A stretch of DNA of 64,000 nucleotides from Octopus sinensis. Its lineage: Eukaryota. How positions within the stretch are numbered: the stretch's first letter is position 1; each line of letters begins with the position of its first letter. Location: contig NC_043013.1 in assembly GCF_006345805.1 (NCBI RefSeq), positions 44,144,001-44,208,000 of the forward strand, written 5' to 3'. The translations under genes were made by a program, and so were the position numbers. The notes beneath the pieces are model-generated. The model saw nothing but the letters and a program-made list of their open reading frames with translations. It was not told the origin of the DNA and made no database searches. Positions 62,737 to 64,000 of the stretch are shown here, piece by piece.

Positions 62737-64000
62737 CACAGACACACAGACTTTTGAAGGAGAAAGTATCTGCCAAGAAGATGTAGCAAAGATTAAAAGC
62801 AAAAAAATATGGATTAGGCAGGAGGGAGAGAGAGAGAAAGAGAAGTAGATGGAATGAAGGGTGGAGTGATAAATAGCTCTGAAACACCCTATTAATCAAT
62901 AGATGTCTGAAGGCCAGGGGCTGGTTGGAGTGAAAGGGCTGGATGAGTGACCCTGCTAGCTGATACTAATCAGTATTGAATGCAAAGGAGTATATGAATA
63001 GAAACTTTGTATGCTTTACATATCTTCCATTCAAATACTGAGAGGTGGATATAAAGGTTAGCTTTGATGTGAAGAATGCCTCTTCTCTTAGCAGGTAATG
63101 ATCCCTAACCAAATATATCATCATCATCAATAGCTTTTTATCATTTTCATTGTGCTCTTGTATACACACCTGTTACTGTGCACATCTTGTCACCCATGCT
63201 TCTTATGTTTTTTAGCCAGGGGAAGGCAGTGCCTATGACCCATTACAGGGTTTCCGAAATTGGTGGAAGGGAGTGGGATGGAGAGGAAAGATATTCTCAA
63301 ACTAGAAACATGATCCAACTCCTTACAACAGAATAGACATTTCTGAAGGCACCCATGTAGGCTATGGCAGGATTTGAACTCAAAAAAGGCAAAGAGCTGG
63401 AAGAAATACCTCAAAGCATCACAAGCCAAATAGGTATTCTGCATGCCATAGTGAGGAAATATTTTTAATGCCAGGAGCAAATTGCAAGTTCATAAGAATT
63501 TGTGGATGCACATCTGTCTGTTCCCTCTGCACACTGCATGACAACTTGTACAAGTGTCTTTTGCCATTGCTTTAGGTTAACCAAAGCCTTATAAGTGGAA
63601 AATGTAGAAAGCTGGCATATACATATTATATAGACATATAGGAACACAGCATCCCTTGTAATCCAAGGTGGTTATCCAACAGTAACAGAATGTGCTACTG
63701 CAATGGTGTGGCAACTCCAACTGTCAGAGTGGAAATGATGGATGATAGCTGTCTGTTGTTCTGATGAAGCATTTAAAACCAAAATGTTAAGACATCCTTT
63801 TCCAATTCTCTGAGTGTGAATCTAATAACATAAACTTTTATTGTATTTTGTTTTTATGCTGTCATTTTCATAGTTTTATATATATATATATCTGTCTGTT
63901 TCTACCTTTGTCTGTCTATATCTCTCTCTCTCTCCAATATAAACACCAAATATAAACATCTGAGAAAAGCCAGTGTTTTATGAACAACTACCCTTGAAAT

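Overview
AT-rich, repeat-dominated eukaryotic DNA with no host gene that I can identify. The SINE families resemble those I know from octopus (Octopus sp.); this taxon call is pattern recognition, not a database result. The window contains: (i) three abundant SINE-like families plus two V-domain-like tRNA SINEs; (ii) decayed LINE fragments (RTE, CR1, CR1/L2-like, R4/Dong-like REL, Tx1-like) and Penelope-like relics; (iii) many MITEs (piggyBac-like TTAA, Tc1/mariner/pogo TA, hAT-like, and a GGATC-TIR type with 8-bp TSD); (iv) microsatellites that explain most of the ORF track. The most notable observations are: a TSD-bounded, ORF1-only (HAL1-like) Tx1/L1-type retroposon inserted in the tRNA-derived head of a SINE (15287-17492); a type I hammerhead-ribozyme fold with a non-canonical core (37214-37270, minus strand) plus decayed relatives; a double palindrome with the architecture expected from an inverted re-integrated DNA circle (34691-35042); a SINE flanked by a ~183-bp duplication; a LINE 3' end matching the tail of the dominant SINE; a VNTR-carrying retroposon with A/B higher-order structure; and a Penelope 3' end followed by a tRNA-like Pol III promoter. 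Repeat boundaries are read by eye and are good to about +/-10-20 bp unless TSD or TIR coordinates are given.
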